Shown: positions 42,972 to 54,535, numbered from the stretch's first letter. The stretch: DNA of 64,000 bases from an uncultured Chloroflexia bacterium (GCA_963751345.1 CAVVUS010000034.1:1-64000); one strand, 5' to 3'. A program made the numbers and translations. The notes: generated by a model not told the origin, from the letters alone.

Positions 42972-43578
42972 ATGAACGCTACATCTCAGACCAAACGCAT
43001 CGTCGTGGGCATCACCGGCGCCAGCGGCGTGATCTATGGCGTTCGCCTGCTGACGGCACTCAAGGCCCTCGACATCGAGACGCACCTGGTGGTCACGCCG
43101 CCGGGTGAGGTGACCCTGGAATACGAGCTGGCAATGACCCTGGCGGACGTCCGGGCTCTTGCCACGTACAGCTACGACGCAGACGATCTTGCCGCGCTCC
43201 ATTGCCAGCGGATCGTTCACAACGCACGGTATGGTGATCGCCCCATGCTCGATGAAGACGCTCTCCGCGGTCGCCAACAGTTACACGGACAATCTCCTGG
43301 TACGAGCGGCCGACGTCATGCTCAAGGAGGGACGCGGGCTTGTCTTGGTCGTCCGCGAGACGCCCCTGCACCTCGGTCACCTGCGGTTGATGGTGCAGGC
43401 GGCGGAGATCGGGGCCGTCATCTTTCCCCCCGTCCCCGCTTTCTACGCCCGGCCCGCCACGGTCGAGGCGTTGGTGGACCAGACCGTAGGCAGGATCCTG
43501 GCGCGGCTGGGCTTGGGCAACGACCTCTACGAGGTGTGGAAAGGGATTGATCCGGCAGAGCCTGAGACAGGAGCCTAG
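42972..43578 (+). CDS. ubiX: UbiX family flavin prenyltransferase (frameshift ~43195)
   Basis: IVVGITGASGVIYG, IASGS, APCSMKTLS, RAADV.LKE, RETPL, PPVPAFY. Confidence 0.9.
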
Positions 43579-43618
43579 TGCAAAATCAGTAGAGCTGTTC
43601 GGGAAAGGATTTTGACCT

Positions 43619-43686
43619 CGTTCCAGGCGGATCTGTGATCCGCCGTCTGCACGGAGACCCGGCGGATCACAGATCCGCCTGGAACG
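43619..43686. repeat. REP doublet (REPIN/BIME-like) inverted repeat
   Basis: 27-bp perfect arms CGTTCCAGGCGGATCTGTGATCCGCCG / CGGCGGATCACAGATCCGCCTGGAACG, each arm internally palindromic. Confidence 0.65.
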
Positions 43687-43749
43687 TATGCCTTGGGAAC
43701 CTGTTACCGAGAAGCTGCTATGCACCTGCACTAGCGCCTGCGGTGGGGT

Positions 43750-43785
43750 AAGATTGGACCAGTCTCGGAAGACTGGTCCAATCTT
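43750..43785. terminator. Hairpin between convergent genes
   Basis: AAGATTGGACCAGTCT-cgga-AGACTGGTCCAATCTT. Confidence 0.55.
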
Positions 43786-43881
43786 GTTCTCGGAGGCGGG
43801 GAGGGAGAAGATCAGTGTGATCCGTGGTTTCTACTTCGCCCCATTCGCGAGACTCGCGTTTGACGGTTGCACCTACACGTC

Positions 43882-46800
43882 CTACCGGTCCTTCAGTGAG
43901 ATGATGCGCTGCGCGAGGTCGGGCAGGAACTGCGTAGTAGTCGAAGTCCTGCCACCCGGCAATGCCGCCCCCCAGCGTGAAGATCGCCATCCCGAGGACG
44001 TAGTCATCCTCGCGTAGACGGTCGTCGTACCAGGACATGTCATCCAGGAAGTACTGTGCCCGTTGGTCCGGATCGTCGATCGCCAGGTTTGCCTCGGTGA
44101 TGGCGAGAGGGATGGCCTCGTCGCGCGGGATGAGGATGTCGCGATAGAGATGCCGGTAGCGACCGGCCAGCACACCCCGGTCGCCATAGAGCGGGATCGA
44201 GGGATCGTCGAGCGATTGGCCCGCGTACTGAGGCATCGGCTCGCCCCAGCGATCGCTCATCAGCGGGCCACCATACTCGTGTAGGGAAAGGATGTGCCCT
44301 CCGGCCTTGGCCTGGGCGAAGACGCCGGTACCGGCGATGGCCTCCCACTCGTAGATCTCGGGAACCCCCATGCTGTAGGAGAAGAGCGCCAGCTTGTACC
44401 CGTTGGCATCGGCGATGGTCATCGCCGCCTTGAAGAACTCGGCCAGCCAGACGTGCCCGGCCACGGTCGGCGGATCGACCTCGTTGAGGACCTCCCAGTA
44501 ATCGACACAGGCTTTGTAGGGTGCCCACTGCTGCATGTGCACCTGCATATAGTCGCTCGCGACGTCAGCAGGATTACCTTCCGTCTCGACGGTCTCCCAG
44601 ATGTGATGCGACCAACGCCCGATGGTGACGGTCTCCGGTGAGATCTGCTTCACGTCACACAGATAGCCGAACGACAGCCCTTTCACCAACGCAACGTGTC
44701 CGCCCGCGTTGTGCACCTGCCGAACGAAATCGATGGTCCCCCCATCGCCAATCGCGTGGACACCGATCTTGGACGGCCCCTCAGGTACGCCTGGCGTGAA
44801 TCCGGGGATAGGCGGAGGCGTCTGCGGCGGAGGCTCCGGCGGCGAAGGCGCGGCATACATCCGAAGGATCGCCGGCAGATAGGCATGCTGCAGCTCCGTC
44901 ACGACGTGGAGCGTCACGGTCACGGTCTTCGGCACATCCAGCGTCTCCTCCGGGAGGGCATCGATGCGAACCGTGGCGGTGTAGTATCCAACCGGCAACC
45001 CCTCCGTATCGACGGTAACCCAGAGCTCGTCGCCTGAGGCGCCATGGGTGGGCGTGAGAACAGCCGTCAAGCTGCTCGCCGGCGACACGCTGGCCGTCCA
45101 GGTCAGAACACCGGGACCTGCGTTGCCGATCGCAAACGCGGTGGTCATCACCTTGGCGACATTGACCTCGCTCAGGAGAGGCCGCAGGGCGGGTTGCACT
45201 GAGAGGACCGGAACGCCAAAGGGCCAGGGGCGTTTATCAACCAGGGCAAGTGCGTTGTAAGCGGGCGTCGCGACACCAAGCGCTGTCCCATCCTGGCGCC
45301 GCAGGGCGTAGTAGCGGCTGTGAAAACAGGGCAGCCAGGTCAGATAGTCGTGCCAATCGAGGTTCCACACGAACATGCCCTGCATCCAGGGCCAGTGCGC
45401 ATCGGCATATTGGAGCGCTCGATCCAGGTAGTCGGCTTGCGTCTGCGCGCTCACCTCCTGCCACTTGAAATAGAGGGCGTAGTCCTGCTCGGCGTCGCAG
45501 TTGAGTTCGTAACCGTCCTCCGACGGCCGACGGATCCACCCGAACTCCGTGGCCCAGACCGGCACGCCGCCCAGCCCGGCGTCGACGAGGATATCGTGCA
45601 GCGTTTCTACGCCGCGAAACGCAAACCCGTTGCTCACCAGCGCGGGGTCGCGCTCCGGCGGCGAGGCAAAGCCATACGGATGGTACCCAAACGCGTCCAT
45701 ACACATTCCGGCACCGGCATCGAGCATAGCCTGCAGATACACCCACTCGTCCATCGCGTTGCAGTCGTTCCCCTCGCCGCAGGGCCACGCGCCGGACGAG
45801 CCCGTCGGGGGCGGAATGCGACCAACCGGGGCCAGCCCACCGCTGATGACCAGGGCATAGGGATCAATGGCCTTGATCTCCTGGCGCGCGATGCACAGCA
45901 TCTCGGCAAATCGCTGGGGATCGGGGACGTTGCCGCCCCAATTGGCATTCCTGATGTTCGGCTCGCTGCAGATCTCATACGCCTGGACCCTGCCCACGCC
46001 GGCCTGGGCGATGGACCGGATCCGGTTGCGCCAGGCGTTGAGGTCGTTGACGTACGCACCACAGTCGACGTTGTAGAGCACGTTCTGCGGCAGCTTGGTC
46101 GCGGGCAGGCCTGAGTACTCCTCCCAGAGTTTGACCCAATCCAATCCCAGCGGCTCCAGGAGGGACGTGATCCTTGACGTGTCTCGCACGTTCGCACCAT
46201 ATCCCAGATGCGACGCAGGCATCACGAAGTCGAGACAATCCGAAGGCCCATAGGCTGCCAGGACGTTGTGACCCGCATCCACAAAGGCTACGGCGATCTC
46301 ATCGAGGGTGAGCGCGCCCACCGAGAGGCTGTTATGATACGCGCTGGAGGGATCCAGCCCCAACATCGTCCAGTGGGCCAGTTCGGTGCAGGCCGTCCGC
46401 TGCCATACGTAAAGCTCGGTCGCCCTCGCCGCCCACGCCCCGGTCGGCTGCACGGCTACATCGAGATGGCCATCGGTCTCGGTCGCCCGGAGCACCGCGT
46501 CCTCGGTGGCTGCAGAGATCATGCCGATGTCGTGGACGGGGTACCACACCTCCCGCCAGGTCATCGTCGTGTGAGGCTCCAATCGGACCGTATCCCAGAA
46601 GGTGGGCGCGAGGCCCCCGTGAAGCTCAACGCCACCGGAGTCCAGGTCGGTCCAGATGTGCCAATCCAGCGCCCGGGACCAACCTGTGGCAAAAACCTTG
46701 ACGCCTCTGGCGATTTCGGGCGGGAAGACGCGCACCACGCCCTCGGTCTGCAGCTCGTCGTAGGCACCGGCAAAGCCCTGGACGGCCTGGGGATACGCGA

Positions 46801-47756
46801 AGAAGCCCAGCCACTCGTTCCAATTCCGCAGCCGAGAATAGTCCACGCCCTCATAGACCGGCCAGGAGAAGCGGTACTCAGGCCCATCGGGCATCGTGGG
46901 GGAAGCCCCCGGCAGCCGCTGATCGCCCGTGGAATGAACCGACACATCGGGAGAGTTGAGTACGAAGGACAGCCCCTGCGTGGGCTTGTTCGCCAGACCC
47001 GGGGCTATGCGCGGCGTTGATCCAAAACTTCGCGTCGATGGGGGAACCCGTAGGGTTTTCGACGTGCGGCTCGACGGCAACATAGGCACGGTCCGACGGC
47101 AGAAAGACGTCGATGACGGCGCGGATACGAGTGGCGTCCGTTGTATCTTGCACGGTGACCGTGACGCCCGCCGTCGACGTCACAACGCTCCAGGACCAGG
47201 GAATCCCGGACTCATATCCGTGTTCGTCCACCGGCAGACACCACTCAATACCTCCGGCGGACAGCCACCATCCCTGCTCCAGCGGTCCCCAATGGGTCGG
47301 CTTTATCACAGGGTTCTGATAGAGCTGATTGTGGCCGGTAGTCTTGTCAAACAACTGGTAGATGCGTCCGCCCAACTCGGGCAGCATCGTCACCTTGAGG
47401 TAGGCATTCTCTATGACGAGAAGCTCGTAGTCGTGGGGAACCGCGACCGGATTCGAGGCATCATAGCGCACCCAGTCCAGGACCGGATAGGTCATGTGAT
47501 AGGTCGTGCTGTAGGCATCCTCGAGGTAATCGGCGTAGGGGTAGGTGGGGATGGAGATCGTCGTGGTATAGAACGTGCTTTGCGACGGCTCCTCGGACAC
47601 TCCAGGCAGGATTGGCGCGGCTGCGACAGGGTGAGCCACGCCCAGCAGGCTCGACAGCACAACCGCGATGATGCCGAGCCATCTGCGACGGCGGAGCCGC
47701 GCGTCCGGCGGAGGTCGTACGGCTCTATCGCGACGGCTCGCGGCGCACCACGCCAT
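43882..47756 (-). CDS. Large secreted protein: signal peptide, DUF5107, glycoside-hydrolase-like TIM barrel, BACON/Ig-like domain, second GH-like barrel (frameshifts ~47005 and ~43935)
   Basis: RRRRWLGIIAVVLSSLLGVAHPVAA signal; IENAYL...PELGGRI, GGIEWC, VELHGG (DUF5107); YEICSEPN, GYHPY, WATEFGW; YWEVLNE, SLHEY, AITEAN. Exact start uncertain. Confidence 0.7.
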
Positions 47757-47792
47757 GTCTGCTCCCTTGCTCCAGGACCGATGAATCGATTG

Positions 47793-48377
47793 CTACGAAC
47801 CGACTCCCACAAGACCCAGTTCGTCCGCAATGCCCTGCATCGCTGCCAGCACGATTCCTATATGCTCCGACAGCGGCACCCCGAGAAGCTCGGCACCCTG
47901 CTCGACATCCTCGCGCTTGACGCCCGACGCAAAGGCGCGATCCTTCCACTTCTTCCTGACCGAGCTCACCTTCACGTCGAGGATCGACTTGCTGGGTCGC
48001 ACCAGGGCGACCGCTACAATCAGACCGGTCAACTCGTCGGTGGCGAAGATCGCCTTTTCCATATTGCTGTCCAGCGTAACGCCGGTCAGATCGGGCGCGT
48101 GGGCCTGGACACCGCGAATGAGCTCCTCCGGCCATCCCTTCTCCCGCAGGATCTCCGATCCTTTGAACGGGTGACCTCCGGGGCCAAGATCAGGGTACTG
48201 CTCGTACTCGAAGTCGTGGATCAGACCTACGATCCCCCACTTCTCCTCGTCCTCGCCAAACCGTCGCGCATACGCACGCATCCCCGCCTCTACAGCCAGC
48301 GCATGGTTGATCAAGCTGGGACTGGTTGTGTACTCCGTCAACAGCTCCCAAGCTTCTTCTCGTGTCGGCCACGACAT
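47793..48377 (-). CDS. HD-domain (HDIG-type) metal-dependent phosphohydrolase
   Basis: HALAVEA, GLIHDFEYE, AH, DELTG, FASGVKRE; AGGAG RBS. Confidence 0.85.
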   Translation of the reverse strand: MSWPTREEAWELLTEYTTSPSLINHALAVEAGMRAYARRFGEDEEKWGIVGLIHDFEYEQYPDLGPGGHPFKGSEILREKGWPEELIRGVQAHAPDLTGVTLDSNMEKAIFATDELTGLIVAVALVRPSKSILDVKVSSVRKKWKDRAFASGVKREDVEQGAELLGVPLSEHIGIVLAAMQGIADELGLVGVGS

Positions 48378-48428
48378 AGATCTGTCTCCTTCTTGACTCC
48401 TGCTTCGGACATTCAATCGTACTCAAGA

Positions 48429-48484
48429 AACGAGTGACGCGTGACAATTGATCGGAAACTTTTACTCGTCACGCGTCACTCGTT
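48429..48484. repeat. 7-nt-periodic inverted repeat
   Basis: AACGAGTGACGCGTGAC ... GTCACGCGTCACTCGTT, 17-bp arms; related sequence at 7283-7342. Confidence 0.6.
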
Positions 48485-48488
48485 ACAT

Positions 48489-51476
48489 TCACATCACCTT
48501 CGTCAATTCGAACCCCACGCCACGCTCTTCCTCTGCCGCCTGGATGGCTGCGGCAGAGCCGACGACGACCACACTCCCGGACTCGGCGACCCGCCGGGCG
48601 AACGCGGCGAAGGCCCGAAAATCCGCAACGGTCGTGCCGAGCAACTCACTGCGATACTGCTGCCTCTGATCGTCCGTGTATCCAATCAGGGTGCGGGCCA
48701 TCGCACTGAATCCCTTTGCATCGGGAAGCTGGTAGGCATCGACAGTACCGATGGCCCCGATGATCCCCTTGACCAGCTCCTCCTGGGACAGATCCAGATT
48801 CTCAAGGAAGCCCGCCGTCTCATCATAGATATCCAACGTTCGCAGCAGGTTGGGATCGCGATAGGAGACGTACCCGAATGCGCCCCCGTGGGGGTCGAAC
48901 AGGCAGAAGCCACCATAGGCGCCGCCCTGCACGCGGACCCTCTCCCACAACCACGTGCTGCGGACATAGTGGGTGATAACCTCCGCCGACCCGTGTCGGC
49001 GATAGCCCAGGTCGAAGAGATTCGCACCTTTGCTGACGTAGTTGACGTTCGCCGGCAAGGTGAGTCCCTCCGGAGCAAGATCGTAGACAGGTGACCAGAC
49101 AGCCATCTCTACATCAGCCTCGGGCAGCTCTGCCAGAAATGCCGCCAGTCGGGGCTCGATCTCGGCCCAGTTTTCAGCATCCACCGTGACGTTGCAGAGC
49201 ATCGACGCACGATTGACGAGCAACCGCCGCACCGTCTCCAGTTTCTCCAGCACGCTGCCCCAGTCCGACTCGATCTCACCCGCCAACCGGCGAAGCATAA
49301 ACAGGTACGACAGGCCGCCGGTCTGTTCGGAAACCCAATACGCCTCGCTGAACTTAGCGCGGAGTCGAGAGGCAGCAAGACGGTGGCCCCCGGGCACGAG
49401 GCCCGCTTCCTCCCGTGCCTTTTTCTCCAGCAGCGTCTGCATGAAGCGTGACTTGTTGTCCAGTTTCACCGTTAGCAGGATGTCACGCAGGATCGCAAGC
49501 AGGGCGGAGACCTGGTGGACGGTGCCCTTGCCGCGCAGGAAGGTCCATGCCGCCGTCTGAGCCGCCGCTCCCTCTCCCTGGTCTCCCAGTTCGGAGGTCC
49601 GGATTGTCGAGACGAAGTTCGCAGGCGAGATTCCACCCGTCTCACGGCCGATACGCTGGGTCAGCTTGACGAAGTCCTCAGTCTCCGTACCCAACTCCAG
49701 GAGCGCAGACATAAAGAGCTCCGTGTACGGAAGCAACGTCTGTGGCAGAGCATGCAGGTTGAACCCCAGATCGAGGTAGAAGATGCCGTTGGTGAAAAGA
49801 TCGTGATGGAGAATCCGCGTCCCGTGGAGAGCGGATTCCGCTGTGGGAACCTTCTTCGGCTCGGGGTCCAGGTCGCTCAGCCCCAGATTTGGTATGGTGG
49901 CCAGCGCCTCCGGCGAATCGGGCTTCTCCTGCAACTCCTTCAGATGCCGGGCGCGTTCGATGACGGCGCGCTGCTCCTCTTCGGTCATCGCGGCCTTGGC
50001 AGCAGCCAGGCGCGCCTTCTCCGCGGCATCCTGCTGGTCCTGCAGCGTGGGATCGGGCTCCAGAATGACCGTCGCGCGGTGGGTGTTCTGGAGAAGATAT
50101 TCCTGGATGAAGCGCTCGAAATAGCGGGGATCTCTCTCCAGGTTCCCTTTCACCTCCTGCAGCGGTTGCTCGAAGGCGATGGAGACGAAGGGATCGCCGT
50201 CGTGAAGCCACGTTGTGAGTGCCTGCAACATCACGAACAGGCCACGAGGAAAGTGACCGGTGTTCTGCTCCCGGAGCCGGAACTCGAGTGTATTGACCGA
50301 GGCCTCCACGGTCTCCCTATCGATGCCGGTGAGAGCGAGCTCCTCCAGCGTCGACAGGATCAGGGCTTCGACACGGTCCACATTGCCCGGCTCGATCCCT
50401 TTGAGCCCCGCGGAGAAATAGAGTTGGCGAAGGGAGTCGTCGAGCCCCCCGCCGATCACGTCCTCCCCTAACCCGGAATCAATCAGGGCTTTCCGGAGGG
50501 GAGAGGCCGACGTGTCGATCAGCGCGTGAGAGAGGACGCTCAGCGCCAACGTCAGCGTCGGGTCGGTGTTCTCCGGCAATAGCCAGTTCACCGTCAGCAT
50601 GGACTTCGGCGCCTGCTCCTCGCCCGTAGGATAGGGCTGCACCACTCGCCGTGGCTCTCTGAGGGGCGGCTGGAGCGCAATCGAGCTGATCGAGGCCATA
50701 CTGAGTTCACCCGACCGTGCTTCCGCATCAGGCGTCGACACACTACCCTCATAGCTCCCCAGATAGGCATCAACGATCCGCAGGCGCTCCTCCGGATCGT
50801 CATCCCCGTAGAAGAAGACACGAGCGTTGGATGGATGGTAATACGTCTCGTGGAATGCCTTGAACTGCTCGTAGGTCAAGTCGGGCATGACCGCGGGGTC
50901 ACCACCCGAATCAAACCCGTACGCCGTATCCGGGAAGAGTGACTGCTCGCTGTTGCGGGCCATCAAGCTGTCGGGGGAGGCATAAGCTCCCTTCATCTCA
51001 TTGAAGACCACACCTTTGTAGCTTAGCGGTGCATCCAGGTCCTCCATCTCATAGTGCCACCCCTCCTGTCCGAAGATCTCCGAGGTGATCCGCGGATAGA
51101 AGACCGCGTCGAGATAGACGTCGACGATGTTGTAGAAGTCCTGCAGGTTCTGGCTGGCAACGGGATAGCAGGTCTTGTCGCTGAAGGTGAAGGCGTTGAT
51201 GAACGTGTTGAGCGATCCCTTGACGAGCTCGACAAAGGGCTCCTTTACCGGATACTTCCGCGACCCGCAGAGCACGGAGTGCTCCATGATGTGTGGCAGC
51301 CCGGTGGAATCGGGCGGCGGGGTGCGGAACGTGATCCCGAACACCTTGTTCTCATCGGCATTCTCCAGCGACAAAAGCTCTGCCCCGCTCTTGGCGTGCC
51401 GATAGAGCTTGGCCAGCGTGTTGAGTTCCGGAATCTCCTGCTCCTTGAGCAATTCAAACCCATAGTTGGTTGTCAT
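48489..51476 (-). CDS. Insulinase family M16C metallopeptidase (presequence protease-like)
   Basis: HIMEHSVLCGSRKYP (HxxEH), NAFT, GVVFNEMKG, YYHPSN, RVQGGAYG, SYRDPN. Confidence 0.92.
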   Translation of the reverse strand: MTTNYGFELLKEQEIPELNTLAKLYRHAKSGAELLSLENADENKVFGITFRTPPPDSTGLPHIMEHSVLCGSRKYPVKEPFVELVKGSLNTFINAFTFSDKTCYPVASQNLQDFYNIVDVYLDAVFYPRITSEIFGQEGWHYEMEDLDAPLSYKGVVFNEMKGAYASPDSLMARNSEQSLFPDTAYGFDSGGDPAVMPDLTYEQFKAFHETYYHPSNARVFFYGDDDPEERLRIVDAYLGSYEGSVSTPDAEARSGELSMASISSIALQPPLREPRRVVQPYPTGEEQAPKSMLTVNWLLPENTDPTLTLALSVLSHALIDTSASPLRKALIDSGLGEDVIGGGLDDSLRQLYFSAGLKGIEPGNVDRVEALILSTLEELALTGIDRETVEASVNTLEFRLREQNTGHFPRGLFVMLQALTTWLHDGDPFVSIAFEQPLQEVKGNLERDPRYFERFIQEYLLQNTHRATVILEPDPTLQDQQDAAEKARLAAAKAAMTEEEQRAVIERARHLKELQEKPDSPEALATIPNLGLSDLDPEPKKVPTAESALHGTRILHHDLFTNGIFYLDLGFNLHALPQTLLPYTELFMSALLELGTETEDFVKLTQRIGRETGGISPANFVSTIRTSELGDQGEGAAAQTAAWTFLRGKGTVHQVSALLAILRDILLTVKLDNKSRFMQTLLEKKAREEAGLVPGGHRLAASRLRAKFSEAYWVSEQTGGLSYLFMLRRLAGEIESDWGSVLEKLETVRRLLVNRASMLCNVTVDAENWAEIEPRLAAFLAELPEADVEMAVWSPVYDLAPEGLTLPANVNYVSKGANLFDLGYRRHGSAEVITHYVRSTWLWERVRVQGGAYGGFCLFDPHGGAFGYVSYRDPNLLRTLDIYDETAGFLENLDLSQEELVKGIIGAIGTVDAYQLPDAKGFSAMARTLIGYTDDQRQQYRSELLGTTVADFRAFAAFARRVAESGSVVVVGSAAAIQAAEEERGVGFELTKVM

Positions 51477-51490
51477 TTGTCAGTCCCTCC

Positions 51491-52200
51491 TTACGATCCA
51501 TTACGAAAGATGGGCAGCGGCTCGCCCAGAACCGGCCTGGGATGTGTCACGGCCAGCTCCCACCAGGCAAGCCACAGCGCCGGAATCTCGCGCAGCCGGT
51601 ACCGAATCATGTAGTATCCGCGATGTTGATACCGGTCAGCACTGTATCCTACGACTCCGAGTCCCAGGGCGCGGCACGTCTCGATTGCACGCGGAAGATG
51701 ATAACGTTGCGTAACCAGCGTCGCCTGGCTCAGGCCGAAGATGTCACGCGCTCGGTAGCACGTATCATAGGTGCGGCGCCCGGCGTAGTCCAACACGATG
51801 TCCTCACCGGGAACGCCCTGTTTGACGGCATAGATCCGCATCCGCTCCGGTTCGTTGTACTCCACGATCCGGTTGTCACCACTGAAGAGCAGTTTTTGCA
51901 CCTTCCCGGCCTGATAGAGCTCGATCGCCGCATCCAGCCGTTCCTGTAAGACGAGGCTAAGCGCTCCGTTCGGCCAGTAGCCGGCCCCAAAGACAATCGC
52001 GACCGGCCGGTCCGGCATCTCGGCAAGGGTCATCGAGCGTGTAAATTGACCGGTCGTACCGACCGTGCAACGTCCAATAAGTCCACCCGGCGACACCCAT
52101 GCCGGCCGCCAGGGAAATCAGCGCGATTCTCCCCACGGTGCGCCATCGCCGTCCGCCGGCACGAGTCTTTCCCGGTCACTTTGTGTCCTGTCCTTGCCAC
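51491..52200 (-). CDS. SanA/YdcF (DUF218) family protein (indel ~52030; start uncertain)
   Basis: AIVFGAG, RLDAAIELY, SGDN, YNEP, DYAGRRTYDTCYRA, TQRYHLPRA; TM-like N-terminus in another frame. Confidence 0.8.
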
Positions 52201-52215
52201 AGCGGTGACCGGATA

Positions 52216-53621
52216 TCAGGGCAGCCCTGATACGCTGACGCTCTCCACGGCGGCGGAATCGTCTCCCCACGCCAACCAGACGTGATCGGCATGGCGATAG
52301 AGAACGACAGCGCCCTGGCGACCGGCCCACCATCGACCGCGCGTCAGAAGCGCCGGAGGGGTCGTGTCCACGATAAGGCCCCTCACAAGCGTCTGCGGCA
52401 TGAGACCCAGCAATTGTCCGTGAAAGCGGGAGGCCGTTCGGGCATCATCCCAATCCATCTGCCACGCAGCTACGAAACCCCCGCTCGAACTCTGCCACAC
52501 CTGGAGCAAATCCCCGCCCCAGCCCACCACCGCATCGCTGCCCACCTCTCCGTCGCTCCAGCGCGCCATCACTTTGCCCATCAACGCCTCTCCGAGGGTC
52601 TCCGTCTCTACCAGGGTCCAGTCATTGCCCAGACCGGGCTCAACCGGGAGGACCACCGGGGTTCGTCGGATGCGGCATACCGGTCGGGGTGTAGGATCTG
52701 CTCGGTCGACCGAGGCGGGCGCAGGACCGCCTCGTCCATCGCAGCAGCGCCCCCTTCCTGATACCGGGCCGTCATAAAGGGCGCGCCTAGCTCAAGGCTC
52801 AGGCAACTCAGCTCCTGGAGCAGGGGATTGTCGACCTGCCATTTCGGGCAGACGGCGCGGGCAACCTCCGCCCTCAGCTCATCACTCTGCGAAGATGGAA
52901 CGCCTGGCTCCAGAGGCACGGCATCGTGAAGAAGCCACACTGAGACAAGTGCGTCTCCATCTGCCACCGCCTCAAGTGCCAGTCGACGATCGAGAGATGG
53001 GGACTCCTCCAGCATCGCGTTGAGATCGCCGTATTGGTCCGGCAGCGCCCGAGCGTATCCGTAGGCAAGATGGGCCTCCAGCGTTGCCATCGCGCCACCC
53101 CAGTCACGGCGAAGATAGAGCTCCCCCAACTCCGGCACGTAATAGGCGGCGGTCTCCTCGGCCTGGCCCACCACATCAAGCCGCAGCGGATCCCAATCCC
53201 ACATCTTCAGCGCCTCCAGGGCAGGACGCATGCGCAGGACGAGTGGGGGCCGCGCCTGGTAGTGCGCGTAAAGGGCTCTGGCCATCTCCGTGTCATCACC
53301 AAGGGTCAGCGGCGTGCCCCATCGCGTCCGCGCCTGTCGAGCATCGGCAACCGCGCCGGCGATCACGCCGGCCCGGGAGACATCGAATGTCGCCACGGGG
53401 GTCGGCGTGGGGAACGGTGAGGCCAAGGGGCGGGGCGTGTCGCTGGCGAGCGGCGCCTCCGCCGTCGGAAAGAGCGGCGAAACACCGGGGGATGCCGCGG
53501 ACCTGGCACCGAGCATCAGTGAGACGTTCCAGATCAGCAGCAAGACAACCGCGACTACACTCAGAGCCAGGATCAGCAAGACCAGGCGCTGGCTCTGCGT
53601 CAGACTTCGATACCAGCGCAC
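52216..53621 (-). CDS. Membrane-anchored hypothetical protein, degenerate peptidase-like (frameshift ~52655)
   Basis: N-terminal TM, Pro/Thr linker, AVADGDA, PPRSTEQILHP.RY, TLGE, GWGGD motifs. Confidence 0.55.
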
Positions 53622-54322
53622 CTCAGCACCTCTCGCTCCTTGCGCACGACGGTCAGCACGCCCTCCGCCGCAAGGTCCAGTAGACGGTCCAGCCCTCGAC
53701 GTGGCACCGGGGTGCCTTCTGCTGTTCCCTGCACCTCGATAAAGTTCCCATCCACGTCCATTACCACGTTGAGATCCATCTCGGCCCGCACATCCTCTTC
53801 ATAGGCCAGGTCCATCAGCAGCGCGCCATCCACGATCCCAACACTGATCGCGCCGAGCGGGGGCAGCAGAGCCTCCGCCGGCACCGCGCCTGTTTCAATC
53901 AGATGGTGCACGGCCAGCACGAGGGCGACATAACCGCCGTTGACCGCCGCCGTACGCGTTCCACCATCCGCCTGCAGGACGTCACAGTCAACCGTAAGCA
54001 TCACCTCGCCCAGTAGATCGAGACGCACGGCCCGGCGCAGACTCCGGCCAATCAGACGCCGAATTTCCTGCGCTCGCCCCCCCTGGATATGCGATCGTGG
54101 CGTGCGCGTCTGAGTCGCGCGAGGCAGCAGCGCATACTCTGCCGTCACCCAGCCCTGTCCTTTGCCCTGCAACCATCGGGGGACGTGGTTCTCAACGGTG
54201 ACAGTGCAGAGCACCTGCGTCTCTCCCATGCGCACCAATGCCGATCCTTCAGGATCACGGATCGGAGAGAGATCAATCGATATTGGACGCAGCGCTTCCG
54301 GAGTCCGCCCGTCGAACCGCAT
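53600..54322 (-). CDS. rph: Ribonuclease PH
   Basis: MRFDGR...LRP, GWVTAEYALLPRAT, EIRRLIGRSLR, DCDVLQADGGTRTA, EVQGTAE. Confidence 0.95.
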   Translation of the reverse strand: MRFDGRTPEALRPISIDLSPIRDPEGSALVRMGETQVLCTVTVENHVPRWLQGKGQGWVTAEYALLPRATQTRTPRSHIQGGRAQEIRRLIGRSLRRAVRLDLLGEVMLTVDCDVLQADGGTRTAAVNGGYVALVLAVHHLIETGAVPAEALLPPLGAISVGIVDGALLMDLAYEEDVRAEMDLNVVMDVDGNFIEVQGTAEGTPVPRRGLDRLLDLAAEGVLTVVRKEREVLRCAGIEV

Positions 54323-54432
54323 TCAAATCCTCCCAGATAGCAGACACCTCGGCATCACCGGGGTGTCTTGACATAAACATCCTGCATATACGGACCCATC
54401 GATGAGTCTTCCTGCTCCTCACCGTGCAACTC

Positions 54433-54508
54433 ATTGTAAAGAGCCGCAAGGTCTTGTCAAGATCGCGCTTTTCTCATTTCTTGTCGTCTTGCGGAACCCA
54501 GCTACAAT
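54433..54508. promoter_or_regulatory. Back-to-back sigma70-type promoters (rph on minus, LysM gene on plus)
   Basis: Minus: TTGACA-16-TACAAT (54460 to 54433); plus: TTGTCG-16-TACAAT (54481-54508). Confidence 0.5.
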
Positions 54509-54535
54509 GGCAAGGATGTACGAGATGGGAAATCG

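Noticed and set aside
42886-43881. CRISPR array
   Set aside because: The repeats are short-period or single palindromes without regular unique spacers; no cas genes.
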